Positions 37,674 to 53,200 of a stretch of 64,000 bases of DNA are shown piece by piece. Position 1 is the stretch's first letter, and each line of letters begins with the position of its first letter. Source of the DNA: the human T2T-CHM13v2.0 reference genome, Homo sapiens; NCBI RefSeq assembly GCF_009914755.1, contig NC_060929.1; one strand, written 5' to 3'. The notes under the pieces are model-generated. The model did no database searches. It was not told the DNA's origin and saw nothing but the letters and a program-made list of their open reading frames with translations. The position numbers were made by a program, and so were the translations under genes.

Positions 37674-39315
37674 TCTCAGGATACAAAATCAAGGTACAAA
37701 AATCACAAGCATTCGTATGCACCAATAACAGACAAACAGAGAGCCAAATCATGAGTGAACTCCCATTCACAATTGCTTCAAAGATAATAAAATACTCAGG
37801 AATTCAACTTACAAGGGACATGAAGGACTTCTTCAAGGAGAACAACAAACCACTGCTCACTGAAATAAAAGCAGATACAAACAAATGGAAGAACTTTCCA
37901 TGCTCATGGGTAGGAAGAATCAATATGAAAATGGCCATACTGCTCAAGGTAATTTATAGATTCAATGCCATCCCAATCAAGCTACCAATGACTTTCTTCA
38001 CAGAATTGGAAAAATATACTTTAAAGTTCATATGGAACCAAAAAAGAGCCCACATCACCAAGTCAATCCTAAGACAAAAGAACAAAGCTGGAGGCATCAC
38101 GCTACCTGACTTCAAACTATACTACAAGGCTACAGTAACCAAAACAGCATAGTACTGGTACCAAAACAGAGATATAGATCAATGGAACAGAACAGAGACC
38201 TCAGAAATAACGCCACATATCTACAAATATCTGATCTTTGACAAACCTGAGAAAAACAAGCAATGGGGAAATGATCACCTATTTAATAAATGGTGCTGGG
38301 AAAACTGGCTAGCCATATGGAGAAAGCTGAAGAAGGATCCCTTCCTTACACCTAAAACAAAAATTAATTCAAGATGGATTAAAGTCTTAAACATTAGACC
38401 TAAAACCATAAAAACCCTAGAAGAAAACCTAGGCGTTACCATTCATGACATAGGCATGGGCAAGGACTTCATGTCTAAAACACCAAAAGCAATGGCAACA
38501 AAAGCCAAAATTGACCAATGGGATCTAATTAAACTAAAGAGCTTCTGCACAGCAAAAGAAACTACCATCAGAGTGAACAGGCAACCTACAAAATGGAAGA
38601 AAAGTTTCACAACCTACTCATCTGACAAAGGGCTAATATCCAGAATCTACAATGAACTCAAACAAATTTACAAGAAAAAAACAAACAACCCCATCAAAAA
38701 GTGGGTGAAGGACATGAACAGACACTTCTCAAAAGAAGACATTTATGCAGCCAAAAACACATGAAAAAATGCTCACCATCACTGGCCATCAGAGAAATGC
38801 AAATCAAAACCACAATGAGATACCATCTCAAACCAGTCAGAATGGCGATCATTAAAAAGTCAGGAAACAACAGATGCTGGAGAGGATGTGGAAAAATAGG
38901 AACACTTTTACACTGTTGGAGGGACTGTAAACTAGTTCAACCATTGTGGAAGTCAGTGTGGTGATTCCTCAGGGATCTAGAACCAGAAATACCATTTGAC
39001 CCAGCCATCCCATTACTGGGTATATACTGAAAGGACTATAAATCATGCTGCCATAAAGAAACATGCGCACATATGTTTATAGCGGCACTATTTACAATAG
39101 CAAAGATTTGGAACCAAACTAAATGTCCAACAATGATTGACTGGATTAAGAAAATGTGGCACATATACACCATAGAATACTATGCAGCCATAAAAAATGA
39201 TGAGTTCATGTCCTTTGTACGGACATGGATGAAATTGGAAGTCATCATTCTCAGTAAACTATCGCAAGGACAAAAAAACAAAAACTGCATATTCTCACTC
39301 ATAGGTGGGAATGGA
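37674..39315 (+). pseudogene. L1 ORF2p C-terminal fragment, disrupted
   Basis: Pieces 37646-38152, 38456-38764, 38701-38964 and 39073- match ORF2p ([45 protein letters not shown]). Premature TAG at 38150-38152 and a frameshift near 38757. Confidence 0.9.
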
Positions 39316-39535
39316 AAAATGAGAACAAATGGACACAGGAAGGGGAACATCACACTCTGGGATGGTTGTGGGGTGGGGGGAGGGGGGATAGCATTAGGAG
39401 ATATACCTAATGCTAAATGGCGAGTTAATGGGTGCAGCACACCAGCATGGCACATGTATAGATATGTAACTAACCTGCACATTGTGCACATGTACCCTAA
39501 AATTTAAGTATACTAATAATAAAATAAATAAAAAA
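37674..39535 (+). mobile_element. 5'-truncated L1 (L1PA3-like), 3' ~1.86 kb
   Basis: Starts tctcaggatacaaaatc (ORF2 SGYKI). ORF2 C-terminal peptides appear in the ORF track, followed by a 3'UTR with a G-rich tract and 'ctaatgctaaatg.cgagttaatgggtgcagcacaccagcatgg…cacattgtgc' (L1PA3-type as I recall), then an A-rich tail. No TSD; satellite orientation flips across the element. Confidence 0.93.
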
Positions 39536-42500
39536 GAAGCATTCTGAGAAACCACTTGTGATGTGTGCATTCATCTCACAGTGTTGAACCTTTCCTTTAA
39601 TTGAGCAGTTTTGAAACACTCTTTCTGTAGAATCTGCAAGTGGATATACAGAGCGCTTTGCAGCCTCTTGTGCAAAATGAAATATCTTCATATAAAAACT
39701 ACACAGAAGAATTCTGAGAAACTTCTTTGTGATGTGCGCATTCATCTCACAGAGTTGAACCTTTCTTTTGATTCAGCAGTTTTGAAACACTCTTTTTGTA
39801 CAATCTGCAAGTGTATATTGGAGCGCCTTGAGGCCTATAATGGAAAAGGAAATATCTTCACCTAAAAACTACACAGGAGCATTCTGAGAAACTTCTTTGC
39901 GATGTGTGCCTTCTTCTCACAGGGTTGAAACTTTCTTTTGTTTGAGCAGTTTGGAAACACTCTTTTTGTGGAATCTGCAAATGGATATTTGGAGCCCTTT
40001 GAGGCCTATGGTGGAAAAGGAAATATCTTCACATAAAAACTAGATGGTAGCATTCTGAGAAACTTCTTTGTGATGTATGCATTCAACTCACAGAGTTGAA
40101 CCCATCTTTAGCTAGACCAGTTCTGAAACTCTCTTTTTGAAGAGTCTGCAAGTGGATATTGGGAGCCCTTAGCAGCCTATGGTGGAAAAGGAAATATCTT
40201 CACATAAAAATTACACAGGAGAAATCTGAGAAACTTCTTTGTGATGTGTGCGTTCATCTCACAGAGTTGAAACATCCTTTTGATTGAGCAGCTTTGAAAC
40301 ACTCGTTTTGGAGAATCTGCAAGTAGATATTTGGAGCGCCTTGCCACCTATTGGGGAAAAGAATATATCTTCATATAAAACTACACAGTAGCATTCGGAG
40401 AAACCTCTTTGTGATGTGTGCATTCATCTCACAGAGTTGAAACTTTCTTTTGATTAAGCAGTTTGAAATACTCTTATTGTAGAATCCACAAGTGGATATT
40501 TGGAGCGCTTTGAGGCCTAGGGTGGAAAAGGAAATATGTTCACATGAACACTACACAGAAGCATTCTGAGAAACTTCTTTGTGATGTCTGCATTCAACTG
40601 ACAGAGTTAAACCTATCTTTTGATGGAGAAGTTTTGAAACTCCTTTTTTTAGTATCTGCAAGTGGATATTTTGACCCCTTTGTGTTCTATGGCAGAAAAG
40701 GAAATATCTTCACATAAAAACTACACAGAAGCATTCTAAGAAAATACTTTTTGATGTGTGCATTCATCTGACAGTGTTGAGAGTTTCTTTTGTTCGAGCA
40801 GATTTGAAACACTCTTTTTTTTAGAATCTCCAAGTGGATATTTGGAGCGCTTAGAGGCCTATTGAGGAAAAAGAAATATCTTCATATAAAAAGTACACAG
40901 AAGCATTATGAGCAACTACTTTGGGAAGAGTGCATTTGTCTCACAGAGTTCAACGTTTCTTTTGATTGAGCAGTTTGGAAAAACACTTTTTGTAGAATCC
41001 GCAAGTCGATATTTGGAGCGCTTTGAGGCCTAAGGTGGAAAAGGAAATATCTTCACATAAGAACTACACAAAAGCAAGCTAAGAAACTTCTTTGTGTTGT
41101 GTGCATTCAACTCACAGAGTTGAACCTATCTTTTGATAGAGCAGTTTTGACACTCTCTTTTTGTTGTATCTGCAAGTGGATATTTGGAGCCTTTTGTGGC
41201 CTATGGTGGAAAAGGAAATTTCTTCACATAAAAATTACACAGAAGCATTCTGAGAAACTTCTTTGGAAGGAGTGGATTCATCTCACAGAGTAGAACCTTT
41301 CTTTTGATTGAGCAGTTTTGAAACACTCTTTTTGTAGAATCTGCAAGTGGATATTTGGAGTCCTTTGAGGCCTATTGTGTAAAAGGAAATATCTTCACAT
41401 ACTAACTACACAGAAGCATTCTGAGAAACTTCTTTGTGATGTGTGCATTCATCTCACAGAACTGAAACTTTCTTTTGATTCATCAGCTTTGAAACACTCT
41501 TTTTGTAGAATCTGCAAGTGGATATTTGGAGCGCTTTGAGGCCTATTGTGGAAAAGGAAATATCTTCACACAACAACTACACAGAAGCATTCTGAGAAAC
41601 TTCTTTGTGATGTGTGCATTCAACTCACAGTGTTGAACCTGTCTTTTGATTCAGCAGTTTTGAAACACTCTTTTTGTAAAATCTGTAAGTGGATATTGGA
41701 GCACTTTGAGGTCTGTAGTGGAAAAGGAAATACCTTCACCAAAAACTACACAGAAGCATTCTGAGAAACTTCTTTGTGATATGTGCATTCATCTCACAGA
41801 GTTGAACTTTTCTTTTGATTGAACAGTTTGGAAACACCCTTTTTATAGAATCTGCAAGTGGATATTTGGAACGCTTTGAGGCCTATGGTGGAAAAGGAAA
41901 TATCTTCACATGAAAACTAGACAGAAACATTATGAGAAACTTCTTTGTGATGTGTGCATTCAACTCACAGAGTTGAACCTAAGTTTTGACAGACCAGTTT
42001 TGTAACTCTCGTTTTGAATAATCTGCAAGTGGAAATTTAGAGCCCTTAGCGGCCTATGGAGAAAAGGAAATACCTTCACATTAAAACTACACAGAAGCAA
42101 TCTGAGAAACTTCTTTGTGATGTGTGCATTCAACTCACAGTGTTGAACCTATCTTTTGATTCAGCAGCTTTGAAACATTCTTTTTGTAGAATCTGCAAGT
42201 GGATACTGGAGCTCTTTGAGGCCTATAGTGGAAAAGGAAATACCTTCACCCAAAAACTACACAGAGGCATTCTGAGAAACTTCTTTGCGATATACACATT
42301 CATCTCACAGAGTTGAACCTTTCTTTTGATTGAGCAGTTTGGAAACACCCTTTTTATAGCATCTGCCAGTGGATATCTGGGGCACTTTGAGGCCTATGGT
42401 GGAGAAGGAAATATATTAGACAGAAGAATTATGAGAAACGTCTTTTTGATGTGTGCATTCAACTCCCAGAGTTGAACCTAAGTTTTGATAGACCAGTTTT

Positions 42501-42650
42501 GAAACTCTCTTTTTGAATAATCTGCAAGTGGATATTTAGAGCCCTTAGCAGCCTATGGAAAAAAGGAAATATCTTCACATTAAAACTACACAGAAGCATT
42601 CTGAGAAACTTCTTTGTGATGTGTGCATTCAACTCACATTGTTGAACGTA
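39536..42650 (+). repeat. Alpha satellite in opposite orientation (monomeric, 'actacacagaag' layer)
   Basis: Reads agaagcattctgagaaacttctttgtgatgtgtgcattc…, the reverse complement of the monomers at 1-37660. Confidence 0.93.
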
Positions 42651-44278
<1,628 letters not shown>

Positions 44279-47200
44279 GCAGTTTTGAAACTCTCTTTTG
44301 TAGCAGCTGCAAGTGGATAGTTGGAGCCCTTTAAGGCCTATGGCGGAAAAGGAAATATCTTCACACAAAAACTGCACAAAAGCAACGTGAGAAACTTCTT
44401 TGTGATGTGTGCATTCATCTCACAGAGATGAACCCTTCTTTTGATTGAGCAGTTTAGAAACACGCTTTTTGTAGAATCTGCAAGTGGATATTTGGAATGC
44501 TTTGAGGCTTATGGCGGAAAAGAAAATATCTTCACATAAAAACTACACAGAAGCATTCTGAGAAACTTCCTTGTGATGTGCGCATTCAACTGACAGAATT
44601 GAAGCTATCTTTTCATAGAGCAGTTTTGAAACTCCCCTTTTGTAGAATCTGCAAGTGGATATTTGGAGCCATTTGCAGCTTATGGCGTAAAAGGAAATGT
44701 CTTCACATAAAAGCTACACAGAAGCATTCTGATAAACTTCTTTCTGATGTGTGCATTCGTCTCACAGAGTTGAAACTTTCATTTGATTAACAGTTTTGAA
44801 ACAATCTTTTGGTAGAATTTGCCAGTGGATATTTGGAGCAATTTAAGTCCTATTGTGGAAAAGGAAATATCTTCACACAAAAACTACAAGGAAATATTCT
44901 GAGAAACTTCTTTGTGATGTGTGCATTCAACAAACAGAGTTCAAACTTTCTTTTGATTGAGCAGTTCAGAAAGACTCTTTTTGTAGAATCTGCAAGTGGA
45001 TATTTGGAGCTCTTTGTGGCCTACTGTGGAAAAGGAAATATCTTCACATAAAAACTACCCAGAAGCATTCTGAGAAACAAATTTATGATGTGCCCATTGA
45101 ACTCAAAGAGTTGAACCTATCTTTTGATTGAGCAGTTTTCAATCTCTCTTTCTGTAGAATCTGCAAGTGGATAGTTGGAGCCCTTTTCAGCCTATTTTGG
45201 AAAAAGAAATATCTTCACATAAAAACTACACAGAAGCATTCTGAGAAACTTCCTTGTGATGTATGCATTCATCAAACACAGTTCAAACTTTCTTTTGATT
45301 GAGCAGTTTGGAAAGACTCTTTTTGCAGAATCTGCAAGTGGATATTTGGAGCGCTTTGTGGCGTATTGTAGAAAAGGAAATATCTTCACATAAAAACTAC
45401 CCAGAAGCATTCTGAGAAACTTCTTTATGATGTGTGCATTCAACTCACAGAGTTGAACCTATCTTTTGATTGAGCAGTTTGGAAAGACTCTTTTTATAGA
45501 ATCTGCAAGTGGATATTTGAAGCGCTTTGAGGCCTATTGTGGAAAAGGAAATATCTTCACATAAAAACTACATAGAAGCATTCTCAGAAACGTCATTGTG
45601 ATGTGTGTATTCATCTCACAGAGTTGAAACATTCTTTTGATTGAGCAGTTTGGAAACAGACTTTTTGTAGAATCTGCAAGTTGATATTTGGAGCGCTTTC
45701 AGGATTATTGTGGAAAAGGTAATATCTTCACATAAAAACTACATAGAAGCGTTCTGAGAAACTTCTTTGTGATGTGTGCATTCATCTCAGAGCGTTGAAC
45801 CATTTTTTTCATAGAGCAGTTTATAAACACTCTTTTTGTAGAATCTGCAAGTAGATATTTGGAGTGCTTTGAGGCCTATTGTCGAAAAGGAAATATCTTC
45901 ACATAAAAACTAAACAGAGGCATTCCGAGAAACTTGTTTGTGATGTGTACATTCATCTCACAGAGTTGAACCTTTCTTTTGATTGAGCAGTTTTGAAACC
46001 CACTTTTTGTAGAATCTGCAAGTGGATATTTGGAGTGCTTTGAGGCCTTTTGTGGAAAAGGACATATCTTCACATAGAAACTACGCAGAAGCATTGTGAG
46101 AAAATACTTTGTGATGTGTGCATTCAACTCCCAGCGTTAAACCTATCTTTTGATTGAGCAGTTTTAAATCTCACTTTTTGTAGAATCTGCATGTAAATTT
46201 TTGGAGCCATTTCTGGCCTATTTTGGAAAAGGGAATAAGTTCACATAAAAACTATATAGAAGCATTTTGAGAAACATTATTAGGATGTGTGCATTCATCT
46301 CACAGAGTTTTACCTATCTTTTGATTGAGCAATTTTGAACCACACTTTGTATAGAATCTGCAAGTGGATATTTTAAGCGCTTTGAGGCCAATCGTGGGAA
46401 AGGAAATATTTTCACATAAAAACTACACAGAAGCATTCTGAGAAACTTCTTTGTAATATGTGCATTCATCTCACAGAGTTGAACATTTCTTTTGATTGAG
46501 CTGTTTTGAAACACCCTTTTTGTAGAATATGCAAGAGGATATTTGGAGCGCTTTGAGGCCAATTCTGGTAAAGGAAATATCTTCACATAAAAACTGCTAA
46601 GAAGCATTCTGTGAAACTTCTTTTTGATGTGTGCATTCAATTCACGCAGTTGAACCTACCTTTTGATTGAGTAGTTTTGAAACTCTGTTTTTGTAGAATC
46701 TGCGAGTGGATATTAGGAGCACATTGAGGCCTATTCTGAAAAAGGAATTATCTCCACACAAATCTACAAAGAAGCATTCTGACAAAATACTTTGTGATGT
46801 GTGCATTCAACACACTGAGTTGAAAATTTCTTTTGATTGAGCAGTTTTGAAACTCTCTTTTTGCAGAATCTGCAAGTGAATATTTGGAGCCTTTTGCAGC
46901 CTATGCTGGAAAAGTAAATATCTTCACATAAGAACTACTCAGAAGCATTCTGATAAACATTTGGTGATGTGTGCATTCATCTCATAGTGTTGAAACTATC
47001 TTTTGATTAAGCAGCTTTGAAACTCTTTTTTTCTAGAAACTGCAAGTGGATATTTGGAGCCCTTTGCAGCCTATAGTGAAAAAGGAAATATCTTCACATA
47101 AAAACTACACAGAAGCGTTCTGAGAAACATCTTTGTGATGTGTGCATTCATCTCACAGATTTGAATATTTCTTTTGATTGAACAGTTTTGAAACACTCTT

Positions 47201-50200
47201 ATTGTAGAATCTGCAAGTGGATATTTGTAGAGCACTGCAGCCTCTAGTGGAAAAGGAAATATCTTCATATAAAAACTACACAGAGGCATTCTGATAACCT
47301 TCTATGTGATGTGTACAGTCATGTCACAGAGATGAAGCTTTCTTTTGATTGAGCAGATTGGAAACACTCTTTTGTAGAATCTGCAAGTGGATGTTTGGAG
47401 CACTTTGAGGCCTAGTGGAAAAGGTAATATCTTTACGTAAAAACTACACAGATGCCTTCTGATGAACTTCTTTTTGATGTGTGCATTCAACTCATAGATC
47501 TGAACTTATCTGTTGACAGAGCAGTTTTGAAAACCTTTTTTTGTAGAATCTGCAAGTGGATATTTGGAGTCCTTTGCGGCCTATAGCGGAAAAGGAAATA
47601 TCTTCACATAAAACTCCACAGAAGAATTCTGTGAAACTTCTTTTTGATGTGTGCATTCGTCTCATAGAGTAGAACCTTTCTTTTAATTGAGCAGTTTTTG
47701 AAACAATCTTTTTCTAGAATCTACAAGTGGATATTTGGAGCGCTTTGAGGCCAATGGTTTTAAAGGAAATATCTTCACATAAAAACTACACAGAAGCATT
47801 CTGAGGAATTTCTTTGTGATGTGTGCATTCATCTCACAGAGTTGAAACTTTTTTTTTCATTGAGCAGTTTTGAAACACTCTTTTCGTAGAATCTGCAAGT
47901 GGACATTTGGAGCACTTTGGGGCCTATTGTGGAAAAAGATATACCTTCACATAAAAACTACACAGAAGCATTCTGAGAAATGCAAACTTCAAATGCAAAC
48001 TTCTTGGTGATGTGTGCCTTCATCTCACAGAGTTGAACCTCTCTTTTGATTGAGCAGTTTGGAGTCCCTCTTTATGTTGAATCTGTAAGTGGATATTTGG
48101 AGCACTTTGAAGCCAATGGAGGAAAGGGAAATATCTTTACATAAAAAGTACACAGAAGCATTCTTAGAAACTTCTTTGTGATGTGTGCATTCAACTCACA
48201 GGGTTCAACCTATCTTTTGATTGAGCAGTTTTGAATCTCTCTTTCTGTAGAATCTACAAGTGGATATATGGAGCCCTTTGCAGCCTATTTTGGAAAAGGA
48301 AATATCTTCACATAAAAACTACACAGAAGCATTCTGGGAAACTTCTTTGGATGTGTGCATTCATCTCACAGAGTTGAACCTTTCTTTTGATTGATCAGTT
48401 TTCAAACACTCTTTTTGTAGAATCTGTAAGTGGATATTTGAAGTGCTTTGAGGCCTATTGTGGAAAAGGAAATTTCTTCAAATAAAAGCTACATGGAAGG
48501 AATCTGATAAACTTCTTTGTGATGTGTGCATTCAACTCACAGAGTTGAACCTTTCTTTTGATTGACCAGTTTTGAAACACTCTTTTTGTAGAATATGCAA
48601 TTGGATATTTGCAGTGATTTGAAGCCTACGGTGGAAAAAGAAATGTCTTCATATAAAAACTAGACAGAAGCCTTCTGAGAAACTTCTCTGTGAGGTGTGC
48701 ATTCACCTCAGAGAGTTGAAGCTTTCTTTTGATTGAGCAGTTTGGAAACCGTCTTTTTGTAGTGTATGCAAATTGATATTTCGAGCACTTTGAGGTCCAT
48801 GGTGGAAAAAGAAATATCTTCACATAAATACTAGACAGAAGCCTTCTGAGAAACTTCTTTGTGATGTGTGCATTCATCTCACAGAGATGAACCTTTCTTT
48901 TGATAGGGCAGTTGTGAAACACTCCTTTGTAGAATCTGCAAGTGGATATTTGGAGTGCTTTGCGGCCCATAGTGGAAAAAGAAATATCTTAACATAAAAC
49001 CAGACAGAAGCATTCTGAGAAACTTCTTTGTGGTGTGCATTTATCTCACTGAGTTGAACATTTCTTTTGATTGAGCAGTTTTGAAACAGTCTTTTTGTAG
49101 TATCTGCAAATTGATATTTCAAGCGCTTTGAGGTCTATGGTGGAAAAGCATATATCTTCATATAAATACTAGACAGAAGGATTCTGAGAAACTTCTTTGT
49201 GATGTTTGCATTCATATCACAGAGTTGAACCTTACTTTTCACTCAACAGTTTTGAAACACTCTGTTTGTAGAATCAGCAGGTGGATATTTGGAGTGCTTT
49301 GCAGCCTATAGTGGCAACAAAAATATCTTCACATAAAAACTAGACAGAAGCATTCTGAGAAACTTCTCTGTGATGTGTGCATTCAGCTCACAGAATTGAA
49401 CCTTTCTTTTGGTTGAGCAGTTTAGAAGCAGTCGTTTTGTGGAATCTGCAAAGGGATATTTGTGAGCCCATTGAGGCCTCTGGGGAAATAGGAAATATCT
49501 TCTCATTAAAACTAGACAGAACTTTCTGAGAAACTGCTTTGTTATATGTGCTTTCACCTCAAAAGGTTAAACCTTTCTTTTGATTGAGCAGTTTGGAAAC
49601 AGTCTTTTTGTAGAAACTGCAAATAGGTATTTGGAGCCCTTTGAAGCATAAGGTGAAAAAGGAAATATCTTCCCATAAAAACTATTCAGAAGCATTCTGA
49701 GAAACTTCTTTGTGATGTGTACATTCATTTCACAGAGTTGAACATTACATCTGATTGAGCAATTTGGAAACAGTCGTTTTGTGGAATCTGCAAAGGGATA
49801 TTTGTGAGCCCATTGAGGTCTCCGGGGAAAAAGGAAATATCTTCACATTAAAGCTAGACAGAAACTTTCTGAGAAACTTCTATGAGATATGTGCTTTCAA
49901 CTCACAGAGTTGAGACATTCTTTTGATTGAGCAGTTTGGAAACAGTCTTTTTGTAGATTCTGCAAATGGACATTTGGACGCTTTGAGGCCTATGGTGAAA
50001 AAGGAAATACCTTCCCATAAAAATTAGGCAGAAGCATTCTGACAAACTTTTATTTGATGTGTGCATTCATCTCACAGAGTTGAAACTTTCTTTTGTTTGA
50101 GCAGTTTTGAAAAAATCTTTTTGTAGAATCTGCAATTTCATATTTGGAGCACTTTGTGGCCTATAATGGAAAAGGAAATATCTTCACAAAAAAACTAGCC

Positions 50201-53200
50201 AGAAGCATTCTGACAAACTACTTTGGATGTGTGCATTCATCTCAGGGAGGTGAATCTTTCTTTTCATTGAGCAGTTTTGAAACACTCCTTTTGTAGAATT
50301 TGCAAGCAGATATTTGGAGCGCTTTGAGACCTATGGTGGAGAAGTAAATATCTTCACATAAAAAGCTAGACAGAAGCATTCTGAGAAACTTCTTAGTGAT
50401 GTGTGCATTCATCTCACCGAGTTGAAACTTTCTTTTGATTGAGCAGTTTGGAAGCAGTCTTTTTCTACAATCTCCAAGTAGATATTCGGAACGTTTTTTG
50501 TCATATAGTGGAAAAGGAAATAACTTCACATAAAAACTAGACAGAAGCATTCTGAGAAACTTCTTTATGATGTGTGCATTCAACTCACGGAGTTTAACAT
50601 TTCTTTTCATTGAGCAGTTTTGAAAAACACTTTTTGTATTATCTGCAAGTGGATATTTGGAGCACATTTAGGCCTATGTTTGAAAAGGAAATATCTTCAC
50701 ATAAAAACTAGACAGAAGCATTTTGAGAAACTTCTTGATGTCTGCATTCATCTCATAGAGGTGAAACTTATTTTTGGTGAGCAGCTTTGAATCACTCTTT
50801 TTATAGATTCTGCAAGTGGATATTTGGATCGGTTTATGTTGTGTACTGGAAAAGGGAATATCTTCACATAAAAACTAGACAGAAACATTCTGAGAAACTT
50901 CTTTCTTTTGTGTGCATTCAACTCAGAGACTTGAACCTTTCTTTTGATTGAGCAGTTTGGATACCATCTTTTTAGTGTCTGCAAATTGATATTTGGAGCG
51001 ATTTGAGGCCTGTGGTAGAAAAGGAAATATCTTCATATAAAAACTAGACAGAAGCATTCTGAGAAACTTCTTTGTGATGTGTGCATTCATCTCACAGAGT
51101 TGAAACTTTCTTTTCATTGAGCAGTTTTGGATCACTCTTTTTGTACAATCTCCAAGTGGATATTTGGAGCGCTTTGAGGCCTATGGTGAAAAAGGAAATA
51201 TCTTCAAGTAAAAATTAGACAGAAGCATTCTCAGAAACTTCTTTGTGATGTGTGCATTCATCTTACAGAGTTAAAATTTTCTTTTGGTTGAGTAGTTTTG
51301 AAACACACTTTTTGTAGTATCTACAAGTGGATTTTTGGGGCGCTTTGACGCCTATTGTGGAAAAGGAAGTATCTTCACTTAAATACTACAAAGAAGCATT
51401 CTGAGAAACTTCTTTGTGATGTGTGCAGTCATGTGACAAAGCTGAACCTTTCTTTTGATTGATCAGTTTGGAAACAGTCTTTTGGTAGTATCGGCAAATG
51501 GATATTTGGAGCGCTTTGAGGTCTATGGTGGAAAAGGAAATATCTTCACATAACAACTAGGCAGAAACATTCTGAGAAACTTCTTTGTGATGTGTGCATT
51601 CATCTCAGAGAGTTGAACTGTTCTTTTGATTGAGCAGTTTTGAAAAACTCTTTTTGTTGAATATGCAAATGGATATTTGGAGCTCTATGAGGCCTATAGC
51701 TTAAAAGAAAATATTTTCCCATAAAAACTACACAGAAGAATTCTGAGAATCTTCTTTGTGATGTGTGCATTCATCTTCATCTTACAGAGTTGAACCTTTC
51801 TTTTGATTGAACAGTTTGGAAACACTGTTTTTGTAGAATCTGCAAGTGGATATTTGGAGCACTTTAAGGGCTATGATGGAAAAAATATCTTCACATAAAA
51901 ATTAGACAGAAGCATTCTGAGGAACTTCTTTGTGATGTGTGCATTCTTCTCACTGCGTTGAACATTTCTTTTGATTGAGCAGTTTGGAAACAGTCGCTGT
52001 GTGGAGTCTTCATAGGGATATTTGAGCTCACTGAGGCCTATGGGCAAATAGGAAATATCTTCACATAAAAATTAGATGGAGTCTTTCTGAGAAACTTCTT
52101 TGTGATGTGAGCTTTCATCTCACAAAGTTGAAACTTTCATTTGAATGAGCAGTTTGGAAACTGTCTTCTTGTAGAAACTGCAAATTGATATTTGGAGTGC
52201 TTTGAGGCCAGTGGTGAAAATGGAAATGTCTTCATATAAAAACTAGACAGAAGCTTTCCTAGAATCTTCTTTGTGATGAGTGCAGTCATCTCACATAATT
52301 GAACCTTTCTTTTGATTGAGCAGTTTGGAAACAGTCGTTTTGGAGAATCTGCAAAGGGATATTTGTGAGTCCATTGAGGCCCATGGGATAATGGGAAATA
52401 TCTTCACATAAAAACTAGATGGAAACTTTCTGAGAAGCTGGTTTGTGAGGTGTGCTTTCATCTCACAGAGTTGAAACTTTCTTTTGAGTGAGCAGTTTAG
52501 AAATAGTCTTTTTTTAGAATCTGCAAATGGATATTTGAGGCACTTTGAGGCCTATGTTGAATAAGGAACTATCCTCGCTTCAAAACTAGACTGAAGCATT
52601 CTGGGAAACATCTTTGTGATGTGTGCACTCATATCACAGCGTTCAACCTTGCTTTAGATTCATCAGTTTGGAAACAGTCTTTTTGTAGTATTTGCAAAGG
52701 GAGATTTTGAGCATTTTGAGGTCTATGGTGAAAAAGGAAATATCTTCACATAAAAAGTAGACAAAAGCATTCTGAGAAACATCTTTGTCGTTTGAGCATT
52801 CATCTCCCAGAGTTGGAACTTTCTTTTTATTAAGCAGTTTTGAAACACTCTTTTTGTAGAAAATGCTACTGGATGTTTGGAGTGCTTTGAGGCCTGTGGT
52901 GGAAAAGGGGTATCTTCACATAAAAACCAGACAGAAGCATTCTTAGAAACTTCTTGGTGATGTGTGCATTCATCTTAGAGAGTTGAATATTTCTTTTGAT
53001 TGAGCAGTTTGGAAACATTCGTTTTGTAAAATGTGCAAAGGGATATTTGTGAGCCCATTGAGGCTTATGGGAAAATAGGAAATATCTTCACATAAAAACT
53101 TGCCGGAAACTTGTTGCAAAACTACTTTGTGATGTGTGCTTTCACCTCAAATAGTTGAAATTTTCTTTTGATAGAGCAGTTTTGAAATAGTCTTTCTGAA

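Noticed and set aside
37646-38152. Apparent satellite-L1 ORF2 fusion ORF (168 aa)
   Set aside because: A chance ATG in the satellite happens to be in frame with a dead ORF2 fragment that ends at a premature stop. There is no promoter evidence.
39369-39388. G-rich tract with G-quadruplex potential
   Set aside because: A standard feature of L1PA 3'UTRs.
39073-39507. ORF2 C-terminal read-through into the 3'UTR (TGA to GGA)
   Set aside because: A point mutation in an already disrupted, truncated copy.
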